64,000 nucleotides of DNA from Cyanobacteria bacterium P01_A01_bin.123 (GCA_039815185.1 JBCBZT010000029.1:1-64000); one strand, 5' to 3'. Positions 40,695 to 50,910 are shown, numbered from the stretch's first letter. A program made the numbers and translations. Notes: generated by a model from the letters alone, not told the origin.

Positions 40695-41840
40695 TTAAGC
40701 GTCAGTCTGACCAGAATCATCACCCGCGTTAGCACCATCCCCAGTAGTCCCGGGCTCTGAACTTGACTCACTGGTGTCAGTCTCAACAGATGGGGAGCTA
40801 ACCGCCGTCTGCACTTTAGAGCTGGTGGTTGGCTCAAACATCAAGCGGGGAGCAACGGCAGCCGGATCAGCTTTGAGTCCCTCGCCGCTGATGACCCGGT
40901 AGGCATGCCACAGGTGGCCTAGCAGTGCGATACTACCCAACAAAATCTGGATGTTTGCGATAAAGAGACGGTCAGCACCAAACAAGTCTACTGGATAAGC
41001 AGCTGTGTTGTGGCTGACGTAAGCACTAGACAGAAATGCCATGAAGGCCACCCCCCCCAGGCTGTAAGACAACAACGCTTCCCCTTCAACCCTTACAATC
41101 CGCTTAAAAACTGGCAGCATGGGGGTCAAGATATGCCAAATACCCCCACCAATCAGCAGGATGGCAATCCATAAATGTCCACCCACAATGTCTTCAAGAT
41201 TATTAGCGGCAGCCAGACCGAACCCGCTAAACCCATCTGGTGTTTGACCCGCCAAATAACCAAAGATGCGCGTCGGGTCAAACGTGGGTGACTCAATCAG
41301 GCGGACAGTGTGCAGTTCACCATCGTACAGTCCTCCCCAACGGGTCGCCTTTAAATAAAGCCCAAGGGCGCCAGCGCCGAGCAACAGCAGGTGATGCCCC
41401 AAAATCAGCGTGAGCTGACGATCGTCATCCCAGGCGTAGCCAAATTTACGGGTTGTCTCCCCACTATCCTCCAGTTTGGCAGGCCCCCGCAATACATGAA
41501 ACAGCCCCCCAGCCGCCAGCACAGCAGAGGAAACCAGGTGCAATACACCCACGACGAAGAAAGGATAGGTTTCGGTGACCACACCCCCCTCGCCAATTCC
41601 CCAACCCAGCAGCGCCAGGTGGGGCAGCAATGTCAGATTCTGCTCACCAAGCGGTATCCCCAGTTCCACTTGACTGACTTCGACTAGGGTGAACGAGCCA
41701 GCCCAAAGCAGAATCAGCGCCGCATGGGCAAGATGGGCACCCAACAACAAGCCGGAAAAACTGACTAGTCTGGCATTACCAATCAACCATTCATTTTTGG
41801 GATTATTGGCTACAAATGTTTTATCGAGTGAAAGGGTCAA
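40695..41840 (-). CDS. isiA: IsiA/Pcb-family chlorophyll-binding antenna protein
   Basis: WLIGNARL, LLGAHLAHA, ILGHHLLLLG, NNLEDIVGGH, GHLWHA; lacks the large CP43 loop E. TTG start behind a GGAGGAGG RBS; Fur-like box near 41867..41885. Confidence 0.85.
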   Translation of the reverse strand: MTLSLDKTFVANNPKNEWLIGNARLVSFSGLLLGAHLAHAALILLWAGSFTLVEVSQVELGIPLGEQNLTLLPHLALLGWGIGEGGVVTETYPFFVVGVLHLVSSAVLAAGGLFHVLRGPAKLEDSGETTRKFGYAWDDDRQLTLILGHHLLLLGAGALGLYLKATRWGGLYDGELHTVRLIESPTFDPTRIFGYLAGQTPDGFSGFGLAAANNLEDIVGGHLWIAILLIGGGIWHILTPMLPVFKRIVRVEGEALLSYSLGGVAFMAFLSSAYVSHNTAAYPVDLFGADRLFIANIQILLGSIALLGHLWHAYRVISGEGLKADPAAVAPRLMFEPTTSSKVQTAVSSPSVETDTSESSSEPGTTGDGANAGDDSGQTDA

Positions 41841-42136
41841 TGCATCCTCCTCCGCATGGAAAATACTTGAGAATCTTTTTCATCACCACTAGTGCAATTG
41901 TATCAAAACCAGAAAGCTGATTTATTGGTGAAATTAAGTCTGAAAAAGCGCCTTCTAGGGAGATACTAGTCAAAAACTCTTATCAGACAATCTGACATAG
42001 CCTATTGCTTATTAGCTTTGATTCTCAATTAAAGATCATTATCTAGATGGCCGCATTTAGCAACTTATGGTCAAACAAGTTTTGTAGCGAAATTATGTAG
42101 AAACCTGAATAAATAACAAGCGCGATTTAGGACGGT

Positions 42137-42382
42137 ATGCAAGTCACTTTCACAGCCACAGATTTCCAAGCAGCACTGATTGAGTTTCAGCAGCAAACGG
42201 GCACAGCCTGTCAGCTTTCGGGCTATGAAAGTACGCTGACACTCCCTAAAACCCTAGGAGAAGGGCAAGTCCACAATATCAACTTGCGTCAGGAGACGTT
42301 TGATCTGTTTGTTCACCAACATCTGCTAGACGAAAATTTGGTGATTAAAAAGGATTTCAGTTGGTTTATGGCCGATCCCTGA
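42137..42382 (+). pseudogene. Truncated AraC-family regulator (N-terminal part only)
   Basis: TLPKTLGEGQVHNINLR matches the N-termini of the island's AraC proteins (LPPSLGEGSARLINLR). Similarity ends at an inverted repeat at 42350..42389; no HTH. Confidence 0.7.
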
Positions 42383-42676
42383 AAGCCTTTTGCAGTAAGG
42401 GCTCCACTATTTCCGATTAACTCTATTAAGTCTAGACTTGGGCCAACCGCCAACATTGCACAGAACCCTGACCAAGTTGTTTCGAGAATTCGAACGTTTC
42501 AGACTGATTGGCAGTTGTGCTGGGGTCAGGGGAATGAGGCAGTTGATGCAGCGCTTCAAATAGCGCGTCGATGTTTGGCAACCGCATGGGAGGATAACCA
42601 GGAAACTAATGTCCCTAACTTTATTGAAATTCATTCTCAAAAGCGATATTGCCTTAATACAACGAGAACCCTTGTA

Positions 42677-44419
42677 TTAAGCCGCAATGCGCCATCCCTG
42701 AGACTGTTGCTGCACAGTCCACATCTGGGCATAGCGTCCCCGCTGGGCTAGCAGCTCCGGGTGGGTTCCCCGTTCAATTACCCGTCCATCTGCCAAGACC
42801 AAAATTAAATCTGACCCCACAACCGTTGATAGACGATGGGCGATAACAATGACGGTTTTATCCACCACCAATCGGTTGATGGCCTCTTGTACCGCCACTT
42901 CACTTTCGGTATCCAAGGCTGAGGTAGGTTCATCCAACAACACAATCGGGGCATTTTTGAGCATGGCCCGGGCGATTGAAATCCGCTGACGTTCACCCCC
43001 AGATAGAGCACCCCCAATGTCGCCGATGCGGGTTTCATAGCCATCGGGAAGACGGGTGATAAATTGGTGACAGTTGGCGGCCCGCGCGACTACTTCGATA
43101 TCGGCATCGGTGGCGTCTAGCTTGGCCATGCGGATGTTGTTGAGAATCGTATCGTCAAATAGATACACGTCTTGAAACACAACCGAAAGCGATCGCATCA
43201 GTTCAGCCGGATCAACCCGTCGAATATCGACCCCACCGAGGCGAATGGCACCCGTCTGGACATCGGCAAAGCGGCTGATTAAACGGGTGATGGTGGTTTT
43301 TCCACCACCGGAGGGGCCAACCAGTGCCGTTAGCGATCGCGCCGGTAATTGAAAAGAGACGTCTTGCAGTGCCCACTCCGTTTGATCGGCGTAGCGGAAG
43401 GACACCTGATCAAACGCAATGTCAAAGCTCGTTAGTTGGCTTGCCGGAGGTTGCACTGGCAGCGCTGGAATGCTCATCAACGCTTCAATACGCTCCAGGC
43501 CAATTTCCATCAGATCAAAGACGCTGGCGAGGTGGATGAGCTGAGTCAGGGGTTCTGTAAACCGCATAGCAATCACCAGCAGGGCAAATAGCGCTGGAAT
43601 GGGAAGACTGCCTTGCAAAATAAACAGGGCACCTAGCCCCATCAATGCCACCACCCCCACTTCCACCAGCGTTGCCATCGTAATCGAAGGCAGGCTGCCA
43701 AGTCGTTGGCCCTTGGCTTGGATTTGACGCTGGTACTCAAGGGTGGTTTGTAATCGTTGCGATCGCGCTCCGACTTGCTTGGTCGCCCGCAAAACGGGCA
43801 ATCCCTGGGCATATTCCACCACCCGTGAGGCGGTTTCAGCATCCGCTGCTGCCACATCTCGCAACATCGCCTTAACCAACGATCGCATATAACGATAGGT
43901 CGGCACCGCAATCGGAAACGCTACGAGTAATGCCATCGCCAACCGCCAGTCAATCCACAGGGTAATCAGAAACGTGATCAACGGCACCACAAGGGTTTGA
44001 ATCACCAGGGTGGCTAGGCTGCCAATCCACATCACCAACTCGCTAACATTGCCACTCATAATCACATTGAGATCCCCCGATCGCCGCCGACTCAGATCTT
44101 GCAAGGGGATGCGTCGCAGTTGCTCGGCTAACTTCAATCGAGTTTCGTGGGCCACTTTAGAGGAGATTAGCCAAGAAAAGTCTAGTTCGCGCCAGCGGAG
44201 TAGCCCTTCAATGGCAACCAGGATGCCAAACCCGCCCAGCAACAGCCAAACCCTTTGGGCATCGATGGGTTGCGTCAGCAACGCTGAAAATAGCGGAAAA
44301 AACAGCGCAAAAATAATGCCCTGAATCATCGATGCAATGACGGAGAGACGCAGGGCGGCTTGCAGTTGCGGCCGATATGAACCGGCAACGGTCATCATGC
44401 GGCGATAGGTATTTAACAT
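42677..44419 (-). CDS. ABC transporter fused permease/ATPase, YbtQ/IrtB-like
   Basis: Transmembrane domain plus NBD (GPSGGGKTT, LSGGERQRISIARA, LLDEPT); paired with 46013..47809 inside an iron island. Confidence 0.88.
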   Translation of the reverse strand: MLNTYRRMMTVAGSYRPQLQAALRLSVIASMIQGIIFALFFPLFSALLTQPIDAQRVWLLLGGFGILVAIEGLLRWRELDFSWLISSKVAHETRLKLAEQLRRIPLQDLSRRRSGDLNVIMSGNVSELVMWIGSLATLVIQTLVVPLITFLITLWIDWRLAMALLVAFPIAVPTYRYMRSLVKAMLRDVAAADAETASRVVEYAQGLPVLRATKQVGARSQRLQTTLEYQRQIQAKGQRLGSLPSITMATLVEVGVVALMGLGALFILQGSLPIPALFALLVIAMRFTEPLTQLIHLASVFDLMEIGLERIEALMSIPALPVQPPASQLTSFDIAFDQVSFRYADQTEWALQDVSFQLPARSLTALVGPSGGGKTTITRLISRFADVQTGAIRLGGVDIRRVDPAELMRSLSVVFQDVYLFDDTILNNIRMAKLDATDADIEVVARAANCHQFITRLPDGYETRIGDIGGALSGGERQRISIARAMLKNAPIVLLDEPTSALDTESEVAVQEAINRLVVDKTVIVIAHRLSTVVGSDLILVLADGRVIERGTHPELLAQRGRYAQMWTVQQQSQGWRIAA

Positions 44420-44494
44420 GCCAGCTCCTAAGCCAAGACAATAGTAGAGTTAAAGAAATCGCTGCTAGGCATTAGCTGCCCAATCACTGGTCTG

Positions 44495-45355
44495 CTAGTG
44501 CGTCATAGATGGTGAAAGGGCATCGGTGATTTTTAAACGCAAAATCCGACCCGAATTTTTGAACAGTGGCACCAGGATGAAAGAGAGATATCTAGCCCAG
44601 CTTGGGAGACGCTGGGGATGTTTAGCAAATTGGGTGAGATAGTAAATTTCGTCTTTGAGGTGAATGCCAGATCCCCAGGTTTCCAATTCTTTACCGCTGT
44701 CGATGCCTGATTTGAACTCGGCATCAGTTTGAGAAACAGTGTCGTGCCGTTTAGAACTTTTGGCTGACTTTTTGTTGAGCACGTCAAAGACAAATTCTGT
44801 GGGTGCGAGACGACGTTGAATTTGCGATATCAAGGCTCGATTGTCAGCTTCGCTTAAGTAAGGAGCCACCCCTTCCATGACAATCAAACAGGGATGATTG
44901 GGCGATCGCTGAATTTGATCAATCCAAGCAAAATCTAAAATAGATTGGCCAATAAACTGATAGCGATCCGTCTCTTCAAAAAACTTATGTCGCAGCTCAA
45001 TAACTTCGAGGAAGTCAACTTCATACCAGCGAACGCTGCCATTATCCACCCGCATAAATCGGGTACACAACCCGCAACCCAGATTGATCACAATGGCATC
45101 GGGATGGGTTTCAATAAAGTTTTTAACGATGCGATCGTATTCTTTTACTCGAATGACTACGCCCAGTTTTGAAGCCCAACCCTTCGCATATTTCTCAAAG
45201 TTGTAGTCAGTGTTTTGGCTAATCTCGACGGCTTTTGGATCTTGAAATAAGCTATCGTCTCGCTGGGTTTCGACAGCTCGGGCATAGAGCGTAATCATTA
45301 AGGTTTCGGCAACCCCCGTGAGTTGATCGGTGGGTTGGCGTTGGGTACTGGTCAT
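44495..45355 (-). CDS. SAM-dependent methyltransferase, TcmP / leucine-carboxyl-MT-like
   Basis: VAETLMITLYARA, VINLGCGLCTR, WYEVDF, IVMEGV. Confidence 0.85.
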   Translation of the reverse strand: MTSTQRQPTDQLTGVAETLMITLYARAVETQRDDSLFQDPKAVEISQNTDYNFEKYAKGWASKLGVVIRVKEYDRIVKNFIETHPDAIVINLGCGLCTRFMRVDNGSVRWYEVDFLEVIELRHKFFEETDRYQFIGQSILDFAWIDQIQRSPNHPCLIVMEGVAPYLSEADNRALISQIQRRLAPTEFVFDVLNKKSAKSSKRHDTVSQTDAEFKSGIDSGKELETWGSGIHLKDEIYYLTQFAKHPQRLPSWARYLSFILVPLFKNSGRILRLKITDALSPSMTH

Positions 45356-45408
45356 GGTAATTAAATTAGACGTAATTTGTGACTGCTGAGTTAACTGGAA
45401 TCGCCGAT

Positions 45409-46008
45409 CTAAAAAAGATAGGGCAATAATCGCTTTGTCTTCTGCATGTACGCTTGATACTGATCGCCAAACTGCTCTAGCATCATTTTTTCTTCATTGC
45501 CAACCCGGAGAAAATACAACGTGCCGAAAGCAAGAATACCAGATGGACCAGCAATCCAATTCGCTAGCAGTAGAGCTTGCGCCATCGCCCATAACCAAAT
45601 CGCAGTGTACATCGGGTGGCGAATGATTTGATAGATACCATCCGTAATCAGGCCATGACCTTCTCGAACTTGCAACGTTGGCGACCAGTTTTTACCTAAA
45701 TCGTGATGGGATTTCCAAAATAACCATATCGCGATCGCAAATGTCAAAATGCCCAGAATATTAGCCCAAGTAGGCAATGTGTAATTGGCAAAATTAAGCC
45801 AGGGCGTCAAGACATAGACCATCGGCAAAATAAACATGCCCAGGAATACCAAAAACAACAGCCCCTTTTCCTGAGTCGTTTGGCGATCCTCTACGATAGT
45901 GTTTTGGCGAATTTCTCGGCTATGGGGAAAACGAATGATCGAGGAAGAGACGATGCCAATGAAGAAAATGATTTTAAGTACGGTTGTGTCCATTGCTAAC
46001 CTCATCAA
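45409..46008 (-). CDS. Isoprenylcysteine carboxyl methyltransferase (ICMT/STE14) family membrane protein
   Basis: LGKNWS, LITDGIYQIIRHPMY, EEKMMLEQFGDQYQAY. Confidence 0.88.
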   Translation of the reverse strand: MMRLAMDTTVLKIIFFIGIVSSSIIRFPHSREIRQNTIVEDRQTTQEKGLLFLVFLGMFILPMVYVLTPWLNFANYTLPTWANILGILTFAIAIWLFWKSHHDLGKNWSPTLQVREGHGLITDGIYQIIRHPMYTAIWLWAMAQALLLANWIAGPSGILAFGTLYFLRVGNEEKMMLEQFGDQYQAYMQKTKRLLPYLF

Positions 46009-46012
46009 TCAC

Positions 46013-47809
46013 TTAAATTGAGTTTGCACTGGCTGCTAAGTTGCGCGAACGAACGCTGAGTTCCCAGTTTTGGGCCTGCTGATAACGACTCCAAAGTCTG
46101 GCGTATACGCCATTGGTCTGAAGCAACTGATCATGGTTGCCCAGTTCAACCAATTGCCCCTGGTCGAGGACGGCGATCTGGTCAGCATGCATGATGGTGC
46201 TGAGGCGATGGGCCACGACGATTAGGGTTTTGCCTCGGGTGAGTGAGGCGATCGCATCTTGAATGAGTGCCTCATTTTCAGGGTCAGCAAAGGCGGTCGC
46301 TTCATCGAGCACCACAATTGGGTTGTCTTGCAAAATAGCCCGGGCAATGGTGATGCGTTGGCGTTGCCCCCCCGACAGTCGCGTGCCCCGTTCCCCGGCG
46401 ATGGTGTCGTAGCCGTTGGGTAGGGCCAAAATAAAGTCGTGGGCTTGGGCGGCACGGGCAGCGGCCTCAACTTCGGTGGCGGTGGCGGTGGGTCTACCCA
46501 GCTTAATATTGTTGCCGATGGTGTCGTAGAGCAAGAAGGTATCTTGAAACACAAACGAAACCCAAGACATTAACGTGTCAGATGTCATCTGCCGCACATC
46601 CACCCCGCCAATCTCAATCGACCCTTGATCCACATCCCAAAATCGCGGAATCAATCGCGCCAACGTGGTTTTGCCTGCACCCGAGGGGCCGACCAACGCC
46701 GTCACGCTACCTGCTGGCATTTGCAGTGAAATATCTTGCAAAGCCAGGCGATCATCACCGTAGGCAAAGGTGACATTTTTCAAGGTAATGTCGGCTGTTT
46801 TGGGGCGCTGGGGAGACTGCGGTTGGGACAGTATGGGTTCGGCTAAGACTGTACCAATCCGCAGGGCGCCAGCATTAGATTGATTGATGAAGTGGGCCAG
46901 GGTAAAGATGGGTTTGAAGGCACCACAGAGTCGCGGTGCCAATAACAAAAACACCAACAGTCGCGGTAGGGACAAACTGCCCTGCATCATCAACCACGCC
47001 CCAGCCGTGGAGACCACCAGTAAGGTCGGGAGGGGTTCAAACAGCAGTGTGCCTAAGCGACCGGATAGCTGGGTTTTGCCATTCCACTCTCGTAGGGTTT
47101 GGGTAAAGCTATCGAGCGATCGCTGGAACCGAGCAAAAGAGCTGCTGCCGTCGTCAAAGGTACGTACCACCTGCATGCCCTGGACAAATTCAATGATGAC
47201 ACCATTGATTTTCTCATTGGCCTGATCGTAAGCATCCCGCTGTGCGCTGTAGTCTCGCAGGGCGAGCTGAATAAAAATCATGCCGATGGGGAGCACGGCC
47301 AGGGTAATCAACCCCAACCGCCAATCTGCCAAAAACATGGCCACCAAAGACAGCACTGGAATCGTATAGGCTTGCCCGATTAAAGGCGTACTATCGGCCA
47401 CAAAAGCATGCAGCGCCTTAACATCGTCTTGCACGAGCTTTTTGATGGCCCCAGATCCAGTGGTAATCACATAACCCAGGGGAACCTGGGCCAAATGTTC
47501 GGTCAAAGCCGTGCGCAAAATCACTTCCAACTTGAAAGCCGCCAAGTGAGAAATGGTAAAGGCCAGGCTACGGGTGGTAAAGGCGATCGAGACCAAAGCT
47601 ACAGCGATCGCCAGCCATCGCCAAATAACCGCAGGCTCAGGTGACTCAGACAAAAGCTCTGCGGCGATCGGGGGAACCGCCAGCAGGGAACCAAGGCCGG
47701 TAATAGCGCTGAGAACTGCAAGGGCGATCGCGCTGACAATTCTGCCCTTGACCGGAGCCATTATGCCCCAAATACTGGTGGGAGGCTGGGAAAAGGTGGG
47801 TTGAGTCAT
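46013..47809 (-). CDS. ABC transporter fused permease/ATPase, YbtP/IrtA-like
   Basis: [48 protein letters not shown]. Fur-like site near 47860..47879. Confidence 0.88.
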   Translation of the reverse strand: MTQPTFSQPPTSIWGIMAPVKGRIVSAIALAVLSAITGLGSLLAVPPIAAELLSESPEPAVIWRWLAIAVALVSIAFTTRSLAFTISHLAAFKLEVILRTALTEHLAQVPLGYVITTGSGAIKKLVQDDVKALHAFVADSTPLIGQAYTIPVLSLVAMFLADWRLGLITLAVLPIGMIFIQLALRDYSAQRDAYDQANEKINGVIIEFVQGMQVVRTFDDGSSSFARFQRSLDSFTQTLREWNGKTQLSGRLGTLLFEPLPTLLVVSTAGAWLMMQGSLSLPRLLVFLLLAPRLCGAFKPIFTLAHFINQSNAGALRIGTVLAEPILSQPQSPQRPKTADITLKNVTFAYGDDRLALQDISLQMPAGSVTALVGPSGAGKTTLARLIPRFWDVDQGSIEIGGVDVRQMTSDTLMSWVSFVFQDTFLLYDTIGNNIKLGRPTATATEVEAAARAAQAHDFILALPNGYDTIAGERGTRLSGGQRQRITIARAILQDNPIVVLDEATAFADPENEALIQDAIASLTRGKTLIVVAHRLSTIMHADQIAVLDQGQLVELGNHDQLLQTNGVYARLWSRYQQAQNWELSVRSRNLAASANSI

Positions 47810-48019
47810 GAAGTCTAGTGGGGTGAAAACAACACTGTGGAGAACCCTATCGACTTGCTTGATGCAAATAATTCTTAAGAAGATAGGATTATCCTAGCAA
47901 AAACAACTTTTGACTATTTTTTTCGATAGATTTTCTTAACTGCCCAGTGATAGAGCCCTATTCGATATTGCAATGGCAGTTTTGAATTCTTCCACAATTC
48001 ACACCGCCCCGCCGCCAAA

Positions 48020-48182
48020 CCCCTACACCCCCATCTACCTTGCCGTTTCTCACCGCCCCTCAGTAATCCAGTGGGCTGATCAATTGATTGTGCTTGAAGC
48101 GGGTCAGGTCATTTTGTCAGGCCTCCCCTATGAATTCGATGCAGGCAACCTAATCGGGGGGCGAGGTTCAATAGAGCCATGA
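48020..48182 (+). pseudogene. C-terminal fragment of an ABC ATPase
   Basis: LAVSHRPSVIQWADQLIVLEAGQV is an H-loop/C-terminal NBD segment with no upstream NBD. Confidence 0.6.
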
Positions 48183-48222
48183 TTGGGAAAAGATCTTTGA
48201 ATTACCGTGCCAGTTTTGGTCA

Positions 48223-48843
48223 TCAAGCCAACAGCTCAACCACCGCAAACAGTAAAAATAGACAGCCACCCAATGCCGTCAACGTCCGTTCTGAAATTCG
48301 TCCGCACAGCCAGCGACCGCAGTTAGTCGCGATCGCCGCACAGATCGCATGCCCCAATACCGCACCCGACACCACCCCAACAGGGTGATTAGCGGCAGCT
48401 AGGGCAATGGTGGCAATTTGAGTGCGATCGCCCCACTCAGCTACAAACGTCAACCCAAAGGCTTCAGTCATGATAGTTAGGGGGGTAGGTTGTTGCTTTT
48501 GATGAGCCAATGTTTGCTCAGCCCGAGCGACGGTTGCAGCCGCCTCTTTCTCCTCGGCACCGTTTGCTGTGGGAGACATTTGACTCGCCTGGTACAGCAG
48601 CTTTAATCCAAATATTGCAAACAGGCTGACCTCAGCCCATTCGACAACCGTAGTGGGCAGCAGGGTGGCAGCTTGTCCAACTAGCACCGACAACAGTGTC
48701 ATCAAGGCTAAGGCCGCAACTGCTCCAGCAAACACCCAGCGACGGGGGTGACGCATCGCCAAAATCGCGGCGATAAAGAAGGTCTTATCGCCCAATTCAG
48801 AGACGGTAATCAGCAACAAACTCGCCGTAAATGCGCTCAGCAT
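48223..48843 (-). CDS. TMEM165/GDT1 (UPF0016) family Mn2+/Ca2+ transporter
   Basis: Two E-x-G-D-(K/R)-T motifs (ELGDKT, EWGDRT); upstream Mn riboswitch. Confidence 0.93.
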   Translation of the reverse strand: MLSAFTASLLLITVSELGDKTFFIAAILAMRHPRRWVFAGAVAALALMTLLSVLVGQAATLLPTTVVEWAEVSLFAIFGLKLLYQASQMSPTANGAEEKEAAATVARAEQTLAHQKQQPTPLTIMTEAFGLTFVAEWGDRTQIATIALAAANHPVGVVSGAVLGHAICAAIATNCGRWLCGRISERTLTALGGCLFLLFAVVELLA

Positions 48844-48934
48844 GCTCTCAAATTCCTCAGATCTGTGTAGTATCTGACATGAACTTGATGAGGCAACAAG
48901 ACTCCACCAAGCTCACGTCAAACGTGAACTTAGT

Positions 48935-49044
48935 GAAGGTCTCGCTAATGCATAGATTTATGGCTACGTCATCCCCTGAACCAGGCTCATCACCAGTATG
49001 TTGATTCAGGTGGGCCAGTCATAGACCAGCAGCTACTCCCCTTC
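48935..49044 (-). ncRNA. yybP-ykoY manganese riboswitch
   Basis: Minus strand reads GAAGGGGAGTAGC...TCAACATAC...GCGAGACCTTC with a closing GAAGG/CCTTC stem. Lies 5' of a UPF0016 gene; -10-like TATCAT/CATAAT at about 49050..49058. Confidence 0.9.
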
Positions 49045-49131
49045 GCCTCATTATGATACGCGAATGAAGCCGACATAACGACGGCTGGACTGTTTGAAGG
49101 CTGCATTCTTCTACAGCGATCAAGGTCTAAC

Positions 49132-50667
49132 CTATTCAGATTCACCTGATTCTGCCGACGGAGGGGGTGTCGCCTCGGGGGGCGGGGCGGCGGGTACAGG
49201 CGGTGGCGCAGCGGGTGCAGGATTCGGAGCGGCCACAGGCGGTGGTGCCGCAGGGGCAGGTTCCGGACTCGCTGCGGGTACAGGTGTGGGATCCGGTTGA
49301 GGACTTGAGGCAGCAGGCTCAGGCGCAGAATCAGGTTCATTGGTGACTGCTGGCGGAGGCTCAGCAGGGGTGGGGGAGAAAGGATTGCTTTCTGCCTCAG
49401 TTTCTGGCGCTTCCTCTGATGACGGCTCTGTCGTAGCGTCTTCATCAGAAGACTCCTCAGAGTCACCAGTTGTTGCTTCAGTTGGGTCTGGCGTTGAATC
49501 AGCCGCCGCGTTATCCGGTGTGTCTTGAGCCGCAGACTCAGCATCGCTATCTTCTGGTTCATTACCCGCTTCGTTATCAGCCGTCGTCCCAGCATCAGGG
49601 ACACTCACCTCTCGACGGTCACCCTGACTTTCAACCTGCCGCTGGCGATCGCTGCCTTCGAGGACAAACGGCATTTCTAGCGATACTGACCCACCCTGTC
49701 CGCCCGTGCCGAACTGATAGTTGCGAGCCGCTGACATCGCCGCTTGATCTAAATCTGGATTGCCGCTAGAGCGCTCCAGCGTCACACCGACCACATTGCC
49801 ATTGGCATCAAACTGGATGCTCACCCGGGGTTCCCCTTCAATACCCGCTTGTCGAGCCGATTCAGGGTAGCTCGGGGCAGGACAATTCACACAGGCAATC
49901 GTTCTTGAGCCGCCCCCCGAACCATTCCCATTGCCCGGATTGCCCGTAGAAGAGCCCCCATTACCTGTAGTATTGCTGCCAGAACCAGCCCGAGCGACCG
50001 GGCCATCAGCATCGGGCACATTCTCAGCATCTCCCTCACTCGACGCCTCTGAAAGCCCGTCATCTTGACCAAAACTGAGCCCATTGGTAAAGAGCTGACC
50101 CAGGGTGTTGCGCGCTTGGGCTAACACATCTTCTCCACCCGCTTCCGCTTCATCAACTGCTGTCTCACTGGATTCAGGACTTTCATCAGTTTCAGAATCT
50201 GGCTCAGGTACCTCAGCCGTTTCTTCAGACTCAGTGGTCTCATCAACGACCTCGGGCTCTGTCTCTGCCTCAGGGTCTTCAACGGTTTCAGGTTCTGTTT
50301 CTGCTTCTAACTCTTCTGGTTCTGCCTCCACTTCAGGCTCTGGCGCTAAGTTGGCAGTTGCCGATAATTCGGCTCGCTCGGGTACTTGCAGCGGTGGTGG
50401 TTGACTCGCTAGCTCGGCACTATCTGAACCAGCTTCTGTTGACGTTTCTGCGAGTTCACTTGGAGCAGGCTCTGCCTCAGTTGGCGTCACCACAATCTGA
50501 ATCGTGTCGGTCTCAGATTGATCACTCAGTTGGGCTGGAACCCAGCCAATCAAAGGCAGCAGGCCGAGGTGTAAGCCAGTCGCGCCCAACATGCCCAAGA
50601 GGGTCCATCGCTGGGTCAGCGTATTTTCTCGGTAGTGTTGCCGAAGACAGTCGTTGGAGAGGGCCAT
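49132..50667 (-). CDS. tonB: TonB family energy transducer
   Basis: N-terminal TM helix with His (GLHLGLL), acidic/Pro linker, TonB_C domain YPESARQAGIEG...SSGNPDLDQAA; divergent from exbBD. Confidence 0.88.
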   Translation of the reverse strand: MALSNDCLRQHYRENTLTQRWTLLGMLGATGLHLGLLPLIGWVPAQLSDQSETDTIQIVVTPTEAEPAPSELAETSTEAGSDSAELASQPPPLQVPERAELSATANLAPEPEVEAEPEELEAETEPETVEDPEAETEPEVVDETTESEETAEVPEPDSETDESPESSETAVDEAEAGGEDVLAQARNTLGQLFTNGLSFGQDDGLSEASSEGDAENVPDADGPVARAGSGSNTTGNGGSSTGNPGNGNGSGGGSRTIACVNCPAPSYPESARQAGIEGEPRVSIQFDANGNVVGVTLERSSGNPDLDQAAMSAARNYQFGTGGQGGSVSLEMPFVLEGSDRQRQVESQGDRREVSVPDAGTTADNEAGNEPEDSDAESAAQDTPDNAAADSTPDPTEATTGDSEESSDEDATTEPSSEEAPETEAESNPFSPTPAEPPPAVTNEPDSAPEPAASSPQPDPTPVPAASPEPAPAAPPPVAAPNPAPAAPPPVPAAPPPEATPPPSAESGESE

Positions 50668-50852
50668 AAAGAACGTTGGGGCTACATGAGGTCAGATATC
50701 GTTAAGCAGGTTCAAAAATACTATTCAAACCAGCCTTATTCTCACCAATAGTTGAACCTATTATTCTTGGAAAAGCAACTCAAAATACGCCTTGAATAGG
50801 GTCTGAGAGCAGCCAGGCTACCCTGACGTCCTCCTAGAGCAGAATATATTAC

Positions 50853-50885
50853 TTGACATCAAGTTGCAATAAGCTTACTTTCATT
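50853..50885 (+). promoter_or_regulatory. Putative sigma70-type promoter of exbBD overlapped by a Fur-like AT-rich site
   Basis: TTGACA-17 bp-TACTTT. Confidence 0.4.
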
Positions 50886-50910
50886 AAGTTAAGACTTACT
50901 TGGGGCAAAA

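Noticed and set aside
48990..49604. 204-aa Arg/Leu/Pro-rich ORF
   Set aside because: Alternative frame of the low-complexity tonB tail, running into the riboswitch.
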